From positions 1 through 45,535 of the forward strand of contig CABMCB010000056.1 in NCBI GenBank assembly GCA_902384455.1: DNA of 45,535 nt. Direction: 5' to 3'. Shown piece by piece: positions 10,163 through 21,066 of this stretch. The notes under the pieces were generated by a model. It was not told the DNA's origin. It was given only the letters and a program-made list of their open reading frames with translations, and did no database searches. Origin of the DNA: an uncultured archaeon (GTDB taxonomy: Archaea > Altiarchaeota > Altiarchaeia > IMC4 > SCGC-AAA252-I15). The position numbers and the translations under genes are program-made. Position 1 is the stretch's first letter. Each line of letters opens with the position of its first letter.

Positions 10163-11311
10163 CTATTGCTTCTTTTCTTCCGCTTCTTTGTTCTCCTTCT
10201 GTGCGACGTCCACGTTAATCTGGCCTGTAGCAACCGCTTTCTCGTCGTCCTCATCTTTCTCCCGTATGCCCTTGTAGGCCATCATGAAGACGACCATGAG
10301 CAGGCTCAGTAGGAATAGGACTATTATGCTGGCTACGAGAATGAGCGTTCCCATTGGTATCGACGAGCCTTCATCAGCCGGCTTGACCGGTAAGGTAGTC
10401 GTCGTAGAAGCCGTATTTACGACTTTGACTGTTGTTGTGGTTGTTGTTGCGGGCTGGGTTTCTTTTGTGCAGTCCCAGTCTGTTACTCTGCTGTCCGGGC
10501 AGACGCATCTGGGTTTGGGGCATCCTCTTGGCGGGAAAGGTATCTGCTGCACTATTCCTCCGGTGTCGGTGCATGCTTCTTCAAAGTTTTCGGCTGGAAT
10601 CACTACGTCGCAGTCTGATGGTATTGATGTGGTCGTGGTGTCATCCTGTTTTTTGATGGTGGTCGTTGTTGTGGGAAACGGGTTTATGGCTTCTCCTGTC
10701 ACCGTCACGATTCGGCTGTCCGCCCAGTATTCGTTGCTTGATTGGGCTACGGATATGTTGTATGTTCCCGGCTGGTAAATCTGGTATGCCGCGCCTACCG
10801 GCCGAGCTGTAGTATACGGATTGGTTTCTGTTCCGTTCAGGTAAAGAATTTTCACTCCAACCCCTTTCGGTTGGTTCAGGATGATTTTGTCGCTAGTCGT
10901 AATCTGAGAGGGCGGCCAAGTTATTCCCCCCTTCGAAAGCTCGTCTTTAACGTAAAATGAGATGCTGCCGCAGTAAGGTGAAAACTGGGGTTGCTGGCCT
11001 TCTCTTTGAATCGTCATTCTGTATGTTCCAGGCAGCAGCGGTTTGAACACTATGACTCCTTCTTCGTCGGTTTCCTTAGCGGTTAATTTTTCGCCCACAC
11101 CCAGCCGCAGGAAATTCACCACAAGCCCCTTTTGCATTGCGCCTCCGGTTTTGGTTTTAAAGTACAAGTAAATCTGGTCGTAAGGGTGAACGCGGTCTAA
11201 GTCCCCCGTCATCTTCGGCCATGAGCAGTCGTCCGCTGAAACTGTGGGAGTCAGCATTATCGCTGCCGAAAGGAATATGGCTAAGAAGAGTTTGACTACT
11301 CGCACCTCCAT
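10163..11311 (-). CDS. Membrane-anchored surface protein (signal peptide, Ig-like region, Thr linkers, Cys-rich module, C-terminal TM)
   Basis: Hydrophobic N-terminus, two poly-Thr stretches flanking a 6-Cys segment, C-terminal TM and charged tail; ATG 11311 fits TATA spacing better than 11320. Confidence 0.75.
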   Translation of the reverse strand: MEVRVVKLFLAIFLSAAIMLTPTVSADDCSWPKMTGDLDRVHPYDQIYLYFKTKTGGAMQKGLVVNFLRLGVGEKLTAKETDEEGVIVFKPLLPGTYRMTIQREGQQPQFSPYCGSISFYVKDELSKGGITWPPSQITTSDKIILNQPKGVGVKILYLNGTETNPYTTARPVGAAYQIYQPGTYNISVAQSSNEYWADSRIVTVTGEAINPFPTTTTTIKKQDDTTTTSIPSDCDVVIPAENFEEACTDTGGIVQQIPFPPRGCPKPRCVCPDSRVTDWDCTKETQPATTTTTTVKVVNTASTTTTLPVKPADEGSSIPMGTLILVASIIVLFLLSLLMVVFMMAYKGIREKDEDDEKAVATGQINVDVAQKENKEAEEKKQ

Positions 11312-11336
11312 GGTTATCATTTTGTACTAGCTCCCC

Positions 11337-11356
11337 TATATATTTTTATTATATAA
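11337..11356. promoter_or_regulatory. Shared AT-rich TATA region of a compact divergent promoter
   Basis: TATATATTTTTATTATATAA lies between the divergent starts at 11311 (-) and 11376 (+), at roughly TATA distance from each. Confidence 0.55.
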
Positions 11357-11375
11357 GCTTTCCTCATTATTGCTT

Positions 11376-11600
11376 ATGGCTGATGCTCCTGTTGTCAAAC
11401 CAAGGAAGCCGAGTTTGATTGGGGATTTGGTTATTTTGCTGGTTTTTGTCGGCATTGTGTTGGGTGTGGGGTGGCTGGTAGCCAATTCAGTAAAATCCGA
11501 TCCAGCCAAAACATGCACATTCGGAATGGGCCCCGCCAAGGAGCCGACTCTCTGCTACATATACACGCAGGTGACTTCGTACGGCACTCAGCCAACTTGA
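11376..11600 (+). CDS. Small single-TM hypothetical protein
   Basis: MADAPVVKPRK, one TM helix, two Cys; TATA box upstream; 3' end overlaps ribD by 13 bp. Confidence 0.6.
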   Translation: MADAPVVKPRKPSLIGDLVILLVFVGIVLGVGWLVANSVKSDPAKTCTFGMGPAKEPTLCYIYTQVTSYGTQPT

Positions 11601-12676
11601 ACGTAACCCGACAGGATAATATCCTCCCCGCAAGGTTCGGCCGAAAACTCCCTTATTCTGTAGGCTTTTGAGAGCGAGGCAACGCCTTCTCCTCCTACAG
11701 CTGGTTTGGAGCGTCGGCCTCCGATGATTTTCGGGGCCACATAGAATACGACTTTGTGGACTACCTTTTCTTTTAGGGCATCTGCGGCGACTTCGCTTCC
11801 ACCCTCAATAAGTATTGATGTGATGCCGAGTTTGCCGAGTGTTTTTACTGCGTCTTTAATGTTGGTGCGGCCGTTTTTTGCGTTTGTTACTATGATTTTT
11901 GCGCCTTTTGATTCAAGGTGGATTCTTTTATTTGGGTTGTGTTGTGGGGTGGTGAATATGATTGTTTTTCCTTCTTTGAGTATTTTGGCTGTGGGAGGGG
12001 TTCTTAGGTGGCTGTCTAGGATGGCTTTGAGGGGGTCTTTTTTGCTTATTTTGTGGGTGGTTAATGTTGGGTTGTCTTTTAGGATTGTGTTGACGCCTAC
12101 GATTATTGCGTCGTTTCTTGCCCTCATTTCGTGGACGTTGCGCCTGCTTTTTTCTCCTGTAATCCATTTGCTTTCGCCGGTTGAGGTCGCTGTTTTTCCG
12201 TCTAGGGTTGTTGCCATCTTTAGCGTCACATAAGGCGTCTTTTTGGTCATGTAGTGGATGAAGGCTTCGTTTAGTGGTTGGGCTTCTTTTTTGAGGATTC
12301 CGTGCCTTGTTTTGATGCCTGCCTTATTCAATTCGCGTAGTCCGTTGCCTGCTACGAGGGGGTTGGGGTCTTTTGTTGCTGCGGCGACTTCCTTTATGCC
12401 TGCTTTTATGATTGCTTTGGTGCATGGGGGCGTTTTTCCAAAGTGGCAGCAGGGTTCTAGGTTCACGTACATTGTTGCGCCCTCCGCTTTTTTTCCGGCT
12501 TTACGTAGCGCTTCTATTTCTGCGTGGGGTTTGCCGGCCTGTTTGTGGTATCCTTCGGCTATTACCGCCCCGTTTTTGACTATGACTGCGCCGACCATGG
12601 GGTTTGGGCTTGTGAATCCTTTTTTGGCGAGTTTAATGCATTGCCGCATAAATAGTTCGTCCTTTTTTTTAGTCAT
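11588..12676 (-). CDS. ribD: Bifunctional diaminohydroxyphosphoribosylaminopyrimidine deaminase/reductase
   Basis: TSPNPMVGAVIV, HAE, LEPCCHFGKTPPC, LDGKTA..GESKWIT, IEGG; ATG 12676 directly follows the ribA stop. Confidence 0.96.
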   Translation of the reverse strand: MTKKKDELFMRQCIKLAKKGFTSPNPMVGAVIVKNGAVIAEGYHKQAGKPHAEIEALRKAGKKAEGATMYVNLEPCCHFGKTPPCTKAIIKAGIKEVAAATKDPNPLVAGNGLRELNKAGIKTRHGILKKEAQPLNEAFIHYMTKKTPYVTLKMATTLDGKTATSTGESKWITGEKSRRNVHEMRARNDAIIVGVNTILKDNPTLTTHKISKKDPLKAILDSHLRTPPTAKILKEGKTIIFTTPQHNPNKRIHLESKGAKIIVTNAKNGRTNIKDAVKTLGKLGITSILIEGGSEVAADALKEKVVHKVVFYVAPKIIGGRRSKPAVGGEGVASLSKAYRIREFSAEPCGEDIILSGYVQVG

Positions 12677-12677
12677 A

Positions 12678-13271
12678 TCAGAGTAGGTGCCCCATCTTCT
12701 TTTTCTTTGTTTCAAGGTATTTTCTGTTTATTTTGTCCGGCTTGATGATGATGGGTACTCTTTCTACGGGGATGCTGTGTTCGGTGAAGCCGCGCAGTTT
12801 ATCGGGGTTGTTGGTGAGAAGCCGTACTTTTGCGACTTTAAGGTGTTTTATTATTTCGTAGGCTGCGTCGAAGTCGCGGTAGTCGTTTAGGAACCCAAGT
12901 TTTTTGTTGGCTTCTACGGTGTCGTATCCTTCGTCTTGGAGGTGGTAGGCGCGGATTTTATTGAGTATGCCTATGCCTCGCCCTTCCTGGCTTGCACCGT
13001 AGATTATTACGCCTTCCCCTTCCTGCTCTATCATGCAAAGGCTTTCTTCCAGTTGCAGGCGGCAGTCGCAGCGGCGGCTGTGGAAGACGTCGCCCGTGAT
13101 GCATGCAGAATGAACCCTAACAAGCGCGTTTTTCCCGGCAACGTCCCCTTTTATCAAGACAACATACTCCTGGCAGTCGGGGCTTCTGTATCCTCTGATG
13201 CGAAATTCGCCGTATTCAGTGGGAAGAACGGCCTCATCAACGTACTCTATTTTGGGTTTATACTCGCCCAT
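12678..13271 (-). CDS. ribA: GTP cyclohydrolase II
   Basis: LPTEYGEF, VRVHSACITGDVFHSRRCDC, QEGRGIG, LLTNNPDK, YLETKKKKMGH. Confidence 0.96.
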   Translation of the reverse strand: MGEYKPKIEYVDEAVLPTEYGEFRIRGYRSPDCQEYVVLIKGDVAGKNALVRVHSACITGDVFHSRRCDCRLQLEESLCMIEQEGEGVIIYGASQEGRGIGILNKIRAYHLQDEGYDTVEANKKLGFLNDYRDFDAAYEIIKHLKVAKVRLLTNNPDKLRGFTEHSIPVERVPIIIKPDKINRKYLETKKKKMGHLL

Positions 13272-13326
13272 GGGTTAAATACGGTCTTGGGGTTTAATAA
13301 ACAAGTAAATTTCAGTTACTGCTTCT

Positions 13327-14334
13327 CTAGTCGTTAACCAGATAGTACCCCGGATTTACGGCTTTTAGGGTTGTAGTCGTCTGGTTCGCGTTGGGTGCCT
13401 GGCTTCTAAACGATTCTGTTTTGCCCATAATCCATCTAACGATGCTATCCTGTTGTTCAGGCGCAACAAAAAGTATCTCAGTCCCATGTACAGTCCCGGC
13501 TACTTCAGTGATTTCCCCTGCGCCGGCAGCCCTCACGCGTATGGCCGATGTGTCGGAATACTCGTCGTCCTTGCCTACTATGATTAAGAGGGATTTGTTT
13601 CCGTATCCGTATATCGCTGGAATAAGCTCCAGCCCCATGTAGTTCAGCCCGGGAGACAGCATAACCACGTCCTTGATTGAATTGTTTTTGCTGGCGTAGA
13701 TGTAACCTAAGTTGGCTCCGACGTCTGAGCCGACGATATGCACCTTATCCAAAGGAATATGCTCCACATCCCTAAGGTAGTTTTGTGCGGCCGCCAGGTC
13801 CTCTTCCATGGGCGGATACTCTTCCGGAGTAAAGTCGTCTATAGAGATGTTTCTCCCATCCTTTGTTGAAGTGCTTTCCCCCATCCCCCTAAGATCAAGT
13901 CCAAGCACAACGTACCCTTTTTCGGAAATTTTAGCCGCCAATTCAAACATATTCCGCCTTGTCTCAGCCCTGCCGGGAACCAAAATTACGCCTTCACCGG
14001 TGGCGTTGACTCTTGGCGGAGGAAGAAGGACGCTCGCCGCAAGAATCACGCCGTCCTTAGTAGTAAAACTCCTAGTGTCACCCCACAGCTTACTGGGATA
14101 CTCCGGCAAAACAAGCCGCACAACACGAATCTGAGCTCCTACGGGTATCTCGCTGCCGTTGCTTTCGTTACCCTCCACGACCACCGCCTCAGGCGGAAGA
14201 AGAACATCCCCCGGCGGTATCTCAGTCCTATTAACTGTCGCATTAGGCAAAGCCGCCTGCTTCTGCGTAAGGCAGAGTGGCACCGCTGAGACCCCTAAAA
14301 TCAAAAGCACTACGCACACACTACGATAGTTCAT
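13327..14334 (-). CDS. Secreted or anchored alpha/beta-fold hydrolase
   Basis: Signal peptide, DLRGMGES, nucleophile elbow GSDVG, LSPG, Asp in DDEYS, His in HGTE. Confidence 0.8.
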   Translation of the reverse strand: MNYRSVCVVLLILGVSAVPLCLTQKQAALPNATVNRTEIPPGDVLLPPEAVVVEGNESNGSEIPVGAQIRVVRLVLPEYPSKLWGDTRSFTTKDGVILAASVLLPPPRVNATGEGVILVPGRAETRRNMFELAAKISEKGYVVLGLDLRGMGESTSTKDGRNISIDDFTPEEYPPMEEDLAAAQNYLRDVEHIPLDKVHIVGSDVGANLGYIYASKNNSIKDVVMLSPGLNYMGLELIPAIYGYGNKSLLIIVGKDDEYSDTSAIRVRAAGAGEITEVAGTVHGTEILFVAPEQQDSIVRWIMGKTESFRSQAPNANQTTTTLKAVNPGYYLVND

Positions 14335-14360
14335 GCCCAGTTTTAATTAGGCGAACAGCA

Positions 14361-14390
14361 TATTAAATCCACTTTCTTAATGTAAGGAGG
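14361..14390 (+). promoter_or_regulatory. uvrA TATA-like box and Shine-Dalgarno-like sequence
   Basis: TATTAAA at 14361-14367 and AGGAGG at 14385-14390 upstream of ATG 14394. Confidence 0.5.
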
Positions 14391-14393
14391 CCG

Positions 14394-17225
14394 ATGGCAA
14401 CAAACCGTATTTTCGTCAAGGGTGCGCGGGAGCATAATCTGAAGAACATTGACGTAGAGTTCCCCAGAGACAAGCTTGTGGTCATAACGGGGTTGTCGGG
14501 CAGCGGAAAAAGCAGCTTAGCATTCGACACATTATACGCTGAAGGCCAGCGCCGTTACGTTGAGTCTTTGTCTGCTTATGCCCGCCAGTTTCTGGAGCTG
14601 ATGGAGAAGCCGGACGTAGACCACATTGAGGGGCTTTCTCCTGCGGTGAGCATTGAGCAGAGGAATGCGAGCCGCAACCCCCGTTCTACGGTGGGGACTG
14701 TAACTGAGATTTACGATTACATGCGGCTTCTTTATGCGCGCGTAGGCGACGTCTATTGCTGCGGAAGGAAGCTGACGCGGCAAACTAAGGAGCAGATCAC
14801 AGACGAAGTTTTGGAGAAGTACGCCGGAAAGAACATAAGGATTCTTGCGCCAGTAGTCATAGACCGGAAAGGCGAATTCCAGAACCTCCTGGACGACCTC
14901 CTGTCCGACGGATACACGTCAGCGATAGTGGACGGAGAAGAAAGGCCATTGAACCAGGAGACGCCTCTTGAGAAGTACAAGAAGCATTCTATAAGCGCAG
15001 TAGTCGATTCAGTGACCGTATCTTCCTCGCAGCGGCTTAGGCTGGCTGAGGCGGTCGAGTCGTCTCTCCTTCTTGCTAAGGGCGTCGTGGAAGTTATGCC
15101 TGAAGGCGGGAAGTCGGCGATGTACAGCGAATTTCTAGCGTGCCCCACATGCGGCAACAATTATCCCCAGCTTCAACCCAGAGACTTCAGCTTCAACAGC
15201 CCCCACGGAGCCTGCCCTGAATGCCAGGGGCTTGGAACAAAGATGGAGTTCGACGAGGACCTAATCATCCCAGACAAAACCAAAAGCATCCGTGACGGAG
15301 CGATAGCATGCTGGAACTCCCACCTCGACGGATTCTACATGACCCTCGTAGAAAACACCGCATCCCACTACGGATTCAACCTCAACACCCCAATCAAAGA
15401 CCTGAAACCCAAACACCTACAAACCATCCTCTACGGAAGCGGCGAAGAAAAAATCAGGTTCAAACACATATCCCGCGACGGAGAAGGCCGCTGGGAGTAT
15501 CAGGGCGCTTTTGAGGGCATCATACCTAATCTGGCGCGCCGCCACAGGGAAACGCAAAGCGAGGATGTGCGGGAGTGGCTTGGTCGTTTCATGCGCGCAA
15601 CACCCTGCCCCGCATGTAAGGGACTTCGGCTTAAGCCTGAGAGCCTTAAGGTGCAGGTGGCCGGGAAAAACATCGCGGAAACGTGCAAAATGAGCATCAA
15701 GGAGGCTTACGAGCACTTTAGGAGTATGCAGTTTTCTGGCAAGCAGGCGACAATTGCGCGCCAGATACTTAAGGAGATTAACGCCCGCCTTAAATTCCTC
15801 ATCTCGGTAGGGTTGGACTATATTACTCTTGAGCGAGCTTCGGCTACTTTGTCGGGCGGGGAGGCTCAGCGCATCCGTCTTGCCACTCAGATTGGAAGCC
15901 AGCTTATGGGCGTGCTATACGTACTGGATGAGCCAAGCATCGGTCTTCATCAGCGCGACAACAGCCGGCTTCTTGACACTTTGAAGAACCTTAGGGATTT
16001 GGGCAACACGGTGGTGGTTGTGGAGCATGACCGCGACACAATACTTTCTGCGGATTGGGTTGTGGATTTGGGTCCCGGAGCGGGTCGCGACGGGGGTTAC
16101 CTTATCGCAAGCTGTCCTCCTAAGCAGCTTTTGAAGGAAAAGAAGTCCATAACCGGGAAGTACCTCACCAACGAGTTGACTATCCCTGTTCCCAAGCGAA
16201 GGAGGGAAGGAAACGGAAAAAGAATAACGGTCCTGGGGGCGCGCGAGCACAACCTCAAAAACATTAAGGTGGAGTTCCCGTTAGGCAGCTTCATAGGAAT
16301 CACAGGGGTATCCGGCAGCGGAAAAAGCACATTAATCAACGAAACACTGGCTAAGGCGCTTCTTTACCACTTCTACGGCGCACTTGACAAGCCAGGAGAA
16401 CACGACAAAATAACGGGTCTAGAAAACATAGACAAAGTAGTGGTCATAGATCAAAGCCCCATAGGCCGCACTCCCCGAAGTAACCCTGCGACTTATACCG
16501 GCGTTTTCACTCCTATTAGGGACCTTTTTGCGGAGTTGCCTGAAAGCAGGCTTCGCGGATATGGGCCGGGTAGGTTCAGTTTCAACGTTAAGGGTGGGCG
16601 TTGTGAGGCGTGTCAGGGTGACGGTAGCATTAAGGTTGAGATGAATTTTCTTCCTGACGTTTATGTGACTTGCGATGTCTGTAGGGGCAAGCGTTATAAT
16701 CCTGAGACTCTTGAGGTGAGGTACAAGAACAAGACCATCAGCGATGTGCTTAATATGACTGCTGAGGAGGCGCTGGAGTTTTTTGATGCCGTTTCGTCTG
16801 TGCAGAGGAAGCTTAAGGTTCTTGTGGACGTTGGTTTGGGTTACATGCAGTTGGGGCAGCCTGCGACCACTTTGTCTGGCGGGGAAGCTCAGCGCATAAA
16901 GATTACTCAGGAGTTAGGGCGCCGTGACACGGGCCGAACCCTTTACATTCTCGATGAGCCTACGACTGGTTTGCATTTTCACGACATAAAGAAGCTTTTG
17001 GAGGTCTTAAACAAGCTTGTGGACTTGGGCAATACTGTGATTGTGATTGAGCATAATCTTGATGTAGTCAAGACTTGCGACTTCATTGTTGATTTGGGGC
17101 CTGAAGGCGGGGATTTAGGGGGGAGTGTTGTCGCCGCCGGGACGCCTGAGGAAGTAGCTTCAAACCAAAAAAGCTACACGGGTGTTTACCTTGCGAAGGT
17201 GCTTGAATCGGCGTCTAAAAAATAG
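14394..17225 (+). CDS. uvrA: Excinuclease ABC subunit A
   Basis: [10 protein letters not shown] twice, GLSGSGKSS and [17 protein letters not shown] twice, zinc-finger CxxC motifs. Confidence 0.98.
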   Translation: MATNRIFVKGAREHNLKNIDVEFPRDKLVVITGLSGSGKSSLAFDTLYAEGQRRYVESLSAYARQFLELMEKPDVDHIEGLSPAVSIEQRNASRNPRSTVGTVTEIYDYMRLLYARVGDVYCCGRKLTRQTKEQITDEVLEKYAGKNIRILAPVVIDRKGEFQNLLDDLLSDGYTSAIVDGEERPLNQETPLEKYKKHSISAVVDSVTVSSSQRLRLAEAVESSLLLAKGVVEVMPEGGKSAMYSEFLACPTCGNNYPQLQPRDFSFNSPHGACPECQGLGTKMEFDEDLIIPDKTKSIRDGAIACWNSHLDGFYMTLVENTASHYGFNLNTPIKDLKPKHLQTILYGSGEEKIRFKHISRDGEGRWEYQGAFEGIIPNLARRHRETQSEDVREWLGRFMRATPCPACKGLRLKPESLKVQVAGKNIAETCKMSIKEAYEHFRSMQFSGKQATIARQILKEINARLKFLISVGLDYITLERASATLSGGEAQRIRLATQIGSQLMGVLYVLDEPSIGLHQRDNSRLLDTLKNLRDLGNTVVVVEHDRDTILSADWVVDLGPGAGRDGGYLIASCPPKQLLKEKKSITGKYLTNELTIPVPKRRREGNGKRITVLGAREHNLKNIKVEFPLGSFIGITGVSGSGKSTLINETLAKALLYHFYGALDKPGEHDKITGLENIDKVVVIDQSPIGRTPRSNPATYTGVFTPIRDLFAELPESRLRGYGPGRFSFNVKGGRCEACQGDGSIKVEMNFLPDVYVTCDVCRGKRYNPETLEVRYKNKTISDVLNMTAEEALEFFDAVSSVQRKLKVLVDVGLGYMQLGQPATTLSGGEAQRIKITQELGRRDTGRTLYILDEPTTGLHFHDIKKLLEVLNKLVDLGNTVIVIEHNLDVVKTCDFIVDLGPEGGDLGGSVVAAGTPEEVASNQKSYTGVYLAKVLESASKK

Positions 17226-17260
17226 CCTTTTCTGTTTTCTTTCATCAATCTCATCAAAGG

Positions 17261-19024
17261 ATGGACATCCCAAATGCGGTTTCTAATTCGCCGGAGAAGC
17301 CCGGAGTCTACATCTGGAAGGGAAATGACGGCGAAATCCTCTACGTAGGCAAAGCCAAGAACATCTTTTCCCGCCTGAAATACTACCTGGACCCGCAGGA
17401 CGTCAAAACCAAACTGCTGATGCGCGACGCCGCCTCAGTGGAATACATAGTCACGGAAAACGAGGTTGAAGCCCTCATTCTAGAAAGCACGCTCATAAAA
17501 AATCATGAACCATACTTTAACGTCCGACTTAAGGACGGAAAAAAATACCCCTACCTCAAAGTCACAGTAAACGAGGAAGCGCCCGCAATATACGTCACAC
17601 GAAACCCCACAAACGACGGAAGCAAATACTTCGGCCCCTACGTGGACACTTCTGCGATGAGGCAGGCGCTTAAGGTGGTGCGAAGGCAGTTCGGGATAAG
17701 AGGATGCAGGGGAGACTTCGATAAGCTGCGCTTATGTCTTGATTATCACATCAAAAACTGCAGCGGGCCGTGCGAACACAAAGTTCAGCCTGAAAAATAC
17801 ATGGCTGACGTAGAAGACGCCTGCCGGGTGCTATCCGGGGACTCGGAACCCCTTCTTAAGCGTCTTAACGGTGAGATGGCGTCTGCTTCAGCAAACCTGA
17901 AGTATGAGGATGCGGCTAAAGTCCGGGATAAAATACGTTCAATAGAATCAATTACGCGGCGGCAGCACGCTGAGTCTTTCGAATTTGAGAATCTCGACGT
18001 AATCGCATACTCGGTGAAAGGCGCAAACGCGGGGATTTCAGTGATTTCAGTGCGAGGCGGAAAGATTCTCTCAAACTTCTTCTACCGGCTGGCGGGAGAA
18101 TACAGAAGCGACCCCAGCAAGGCGCTTTCATCATTCATTCAGCAGTATTACGAGCCACTAAGCTCACTCCCAACCCGCATAGTCACAGTGACGCTCCCTG
18201 AAGACTCCGATGCATTGGCAAGGTGGTTTATTGAAACAAAAGGCGTCAAAGTGGACTTCCTATCCCCCAAAGATGAAAATACGGCAGCGTGGGCGAGAAT
18301 CGCGCAAACAAACGCCTCAGTCGGGCTTGCGGCGGCCGAAACAACGGTTGAAGACGCCTCGACGCGACTCCAAAACCTCATTAAGCTTTCGGATTCGCCG
18401 ACACGAATAGAAGGATACGATGCCACACAGCTTTTCGGCGCCCACCGCGCAGTAAGCATGGTGGTGTTTGAAGACGAAGAACCGGCAAAAAGCGAATACC
18501 GTCTATTCAACATACAAACCCAATCCAAAGACGACGCAAGCTTCATTAAGGAAGCGATATCCCGCCGCGCAAAACATACTGAATGGCGCACCCCCGACCT
18601 TATACTCGTAGACGGAGGACTACAGCAGCTTGCCGCAGCCCAAGACGCACTATCAGAAGAAGGACTATCCTGGCCTGTGGTGGCGCTTGCCAAGCAGGAA
18701 GAACTAGTCTACGTTCCAGGCCGCCCAGTTCCCCTAAAGCTTTCTCGCCGTGACTTAGGATTGAGGCTTCTGCAGAATGTCCGCGACGAAGCCCACAGGT
18801 TCGTCAACGCCCAAAACAAGAGATTACAGAAGAAGGAGGGCCTGTCGTCAGCGCTTGACAGCATAAAGGGCGTGGGACCCGCACGGCGCCGCCTGCTTCT
18901 TGAGCGGTTCGGAAGTGTTGCAAAAATCGCGGCCGCCTCAGTTAAGGAACTAACGGCTGTTCCAGGCGTCTCCCCCAAAACGGCCGAAGCAATAATCGCC
19001 TACCTGAATAAAAAGCGTATTTAA
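17261..19024 (+). CDS. uvrC: Excinuclease ABC subunit C
   Basis: GIY-YIG domain (PGVY..LYVGKAKN), UVR motif, RIEGYD, PDLILVDGG, RDEAHRF, C-terminal HhH. Confidence 0.96.
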   Translation: MDIPNAVSNSPEKPGVYIWKGNDGEILYVGKAKNIFSRLKYYLDPQDVKTKLLMRDAASVEYIVTENEVEALILESTLIKNHEPYFNVRLKDGKKYPYLKVTVNEEAPAIYVTRNPTNDGSKYFGPYVDTSAMRQALKVVRRQFGIRGCRGDFDKLRLCLDYHIKNCSGPCEHKVQPEKYMADVEDACRVLSGDSEPLLKRLNGEMASASANLKYEDAAKVRDKIRSIESITRRQHAESFEFENLDVIAYSVKGANAGISVISVRGGKILSNFFYRLAGEYRSDPSKALSSFIQQYYEPLSSLPTRIVTVTLPEDSDALARWFIETKGVKVDFLSPKDENTAAWARIAQTNASVGLAAAETTVEDASTRLQNLIKLSDSPTRIEGYDATQLFGAHRAVSMVVFEDEEPAKSEYRLFNIQTQSKDDASFIKEAISRRAKHTEWRTPDLILVDGGLQQLAAAQDALSEEGLSWPVVALAKQEELVYVPGRPVPLKLSRRDLGLRLLQNVRDEAHRFVNAQNKRLQKKEGLSSALDSIKGVGPARRRLLLERFGSVAKIAAASVKELTAVPGVSPKTAEAIIAYLNKKRI

Positions 19025-19053
19025 CGTTTCTCCTACTTACATCCTACAATCCA

Positions 19054-19764
19054 ATGGCTGAATACGTCGACGCTTGGGTTCCCGGCTGGACGCCGGAAAC
19101 AGACGGAATACTCAAGGAATTAGGTTACTCTGCCGCCGTAGCCAAAGCCCCAACAAAAGCTAAAACATCCGCCGCATGGATTGACGCATCAAACGTCCAG
19201 CAGGCGGCAAAAAAAACGCTCGACTCAGGAGGCCGATTGGTGTATGCGGCTGGCGGCGCGGAGTCCGTCAATAGGTTGATTGTTGAGTCTCATGAAGTCG
19301 ACGTCATATGGAATACTCATGAATCTGAAGTCCGCGACCTATTGAATTACAGAGCAGGAGGATTGGACGACGCGGCCGTAAACATTATGGCTGAACACAA
19401 GATTATGATGGGCTTTTCTCTTTCATCTTTTTTATCTGCTCAGTATGGTCGGCAGCGCGCTTTTTGGCTGGGCAGGGCGCGTCAGGATGTGAGGTTTGCG
19501 CGCAAAAAGAAGGTGCCTGTTGTTGTGGCAAGCGGCGCAGCCGACGAATGGGGCATTAGGGCGCCGATGGAACTTATCGCTTTCGGGATGCTTTTAGGGC
19601 TTAACCAGGAGGAAGCAGTGAATTCCGTCTTAAAGAACCCTCTTTGCCTGTTAAAGAAGGCGGAAAACAGAGGTGACCCAAACGTCATACTAAAGGGTCT
19701 TACTGTCACTTCATGGGGCAGCACAAGCCAGCCAAAATCAAAGCGCCAGTACGGCTGGTACTAA
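19054..19764 (+). CDS. Ribonuclease P protein subunit p30 (Rpp30) family
   Basis: GG..VNR..VE..VDV, GLDD, ARKKKVPVVVASGA..IRAP.EL..LLGL pattern typical of archaeal Rpp30. Confidence 0.75.
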   Translation: MAEYVDAWVPGWTPETDGILKELGYSAAVAKAPTKAKTSAAWIDASNVQQAAKKTLDSGGRLVYAAGGAESVNRLIVESHEVDVIWNTHESEVRDLLNYRAGGLDDAAVNIMAEHKIMMGFSLSSFLSAQYGRQRAFWLGRARQDVRFARKKKVPVVVASGAADEWGIRAPMELIAFGMLLGLNQEEAVNSVLKNPLCLLKKAENRGDPNVILKGLTVTSWGSTSQPKSKRQYGWY

Positions 19765-19768
19765 AACC

Positions 19769-20944
19769 CTAGTAAGACGGTTGCGTCTCGACTTCCTCGC
19801 GCTCATCGATTGGGACGTAAGGCAAGTTTCTGGGCCCGACATAAGATTCGCGAGGCCTTATCAGCCGGTTGTTTTTGTATTGCTCAATAAGGTGGGCGCT
19901 GTATCCTGCTGCGCGCGCTACCGCGAACATCGGCGTGAAAAGGTCGAGAGGTATTCCCACGGAATAAAGGAGCGGCGCGCTGTAGAAGTCGACGTTTGGA
20001 TACAGGTTTTTCTCCTGGAACTTAGGCTTGCTCCTGACCACCTCCTCGACCTTCTTGGCCATATCATACCAGTGGTATCCGCGGGTGTGGCTGTGGAACT
20101 CCTCGTTGAACTCGCGCAAAGCGACGCTCCTGGGGTCTTCGACCTTATAAACCCTGTGGCCGAAACCCGGGATGCGTTTTCCTTCAGCGAGCATGTCTTC
20201 TACGACAGGTTTGACATTCTCCAACTCCTCAATCTTCAAGAGAAGCTTCATGACGTCCTCATTGGCTCCTCCGTGCAGCGGCCCCTTAAGCGTACCCAAT
20301 GCGCTTGCGACGCCAGAGAAGAAGTCGCTTTGCGTCGAAGACGTGACTCTGGCGCTGAAAGTGCTTGCATTAAGGCCGTGTTCAGCGAGCAGTATCAGGT
20401 ATCTGTCGAGTGCTCGGGCCGCTTCAGGCTCGGGTTTTTCGCCGGTGATTATGTACAGGAGGTTGGCTGCGTGACCTAGTTTGCGGCTGCTTTCAATCAT
20501 GTTGTGGCCGTTGCGGGAGCGGTGGAATGCGGCCACAAGAAGAGGCAGCCGAGCCAACAGTTCGTTGCTTCTCCTGCGTTGGGCTTCTATGCTTTGGTCT
20601 TCATGGCTCTTGTCGACGGAAGACATGTAGGACACAGCCGTTTTCATGAAGTCGATTGGCGAGGCGTCTTCAGGGAATAAGATAAGGAACTTGTAGAGCG
20701 ACTTGGGAATCTCCCTGTTCCTGATGAGCCTGTATGAGAAAGCGTCCAACTCCTTCTGCGTCGGCAGGCGGCCGTGCCAGAGCAGGTAGGCGGTTTCTTC
20801 GAATGTTCCGTTTCGGGCTAGGTCTTTGACGTTTATGCCGCAGTAGTAAAGCTCGCCCCTATCTCCGTCTATCTCGCATATGCTGCTTTCGTCGACGTAG
20901 ATGCCGTCGAGGCCTTTATAGACCTGCATGGTACTCATACTCAT
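19769..20944 (-). CDS. Citrate synthase (citrate/2-methylcitrate synthase family)
   Basis: KGLDGI, EHGLNASTF, GPLHGGAN, GFGHRVYK.EDPR, YPNVDFYS, RLIRP. Confidence 0.95.
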   Translation of the reverse strand: MSMSTMQVYKGLDGIYVDESSICEIDGDRGELYYCGINVKDLARNGTFEETAYLLWHGRLPTQKELDAFSYRLIRNREIPKSLYKFLILFPEDASPIDFMKTAVSYMSSVDKSHEDQSIEAQRRRSNELLARLPLLVAAFHRSRNGHNMIESSRKLGHAANLLYIITGEKPEPEAARALDRYLILLAEHGLNASTFSARVTSSTQSDFFSGVASALGTLKGPLHGGANEDVMKLLLKIEELENVKPVVEDMLAEGKRIPGFGHRVYKVEDPRSVALREFNEEFHSHTRGYHWYDMAKKVEEVVRSKPKFQEKNLYPNVDFYSAPLLYSVGIPLDLFTPMFAVARAAGYSAHLIEQYKNNRLIRPRESYVGPRNLPYVPIDEREEVETQPSY

Positions 20945-21066
20945 TTATTCCTTAAGTATATATCGTTTCATAAAAAAAATGATGAATTCCGTAAACTTCG
21001 CATATTTTTGTGCTAATTTACTCTAATCGGTAGACTTCTTAAGCGGTATTCATTAAGTCTTATCTA

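Noticed and set aside
5821-19024. UvrABC as the cause of the skew tracts, or as a novel system
   Set aside because: UvrABC is known in many mesophilic archaea, and its ~12-nt repair patches are neither sequence-anchored nor long enough.
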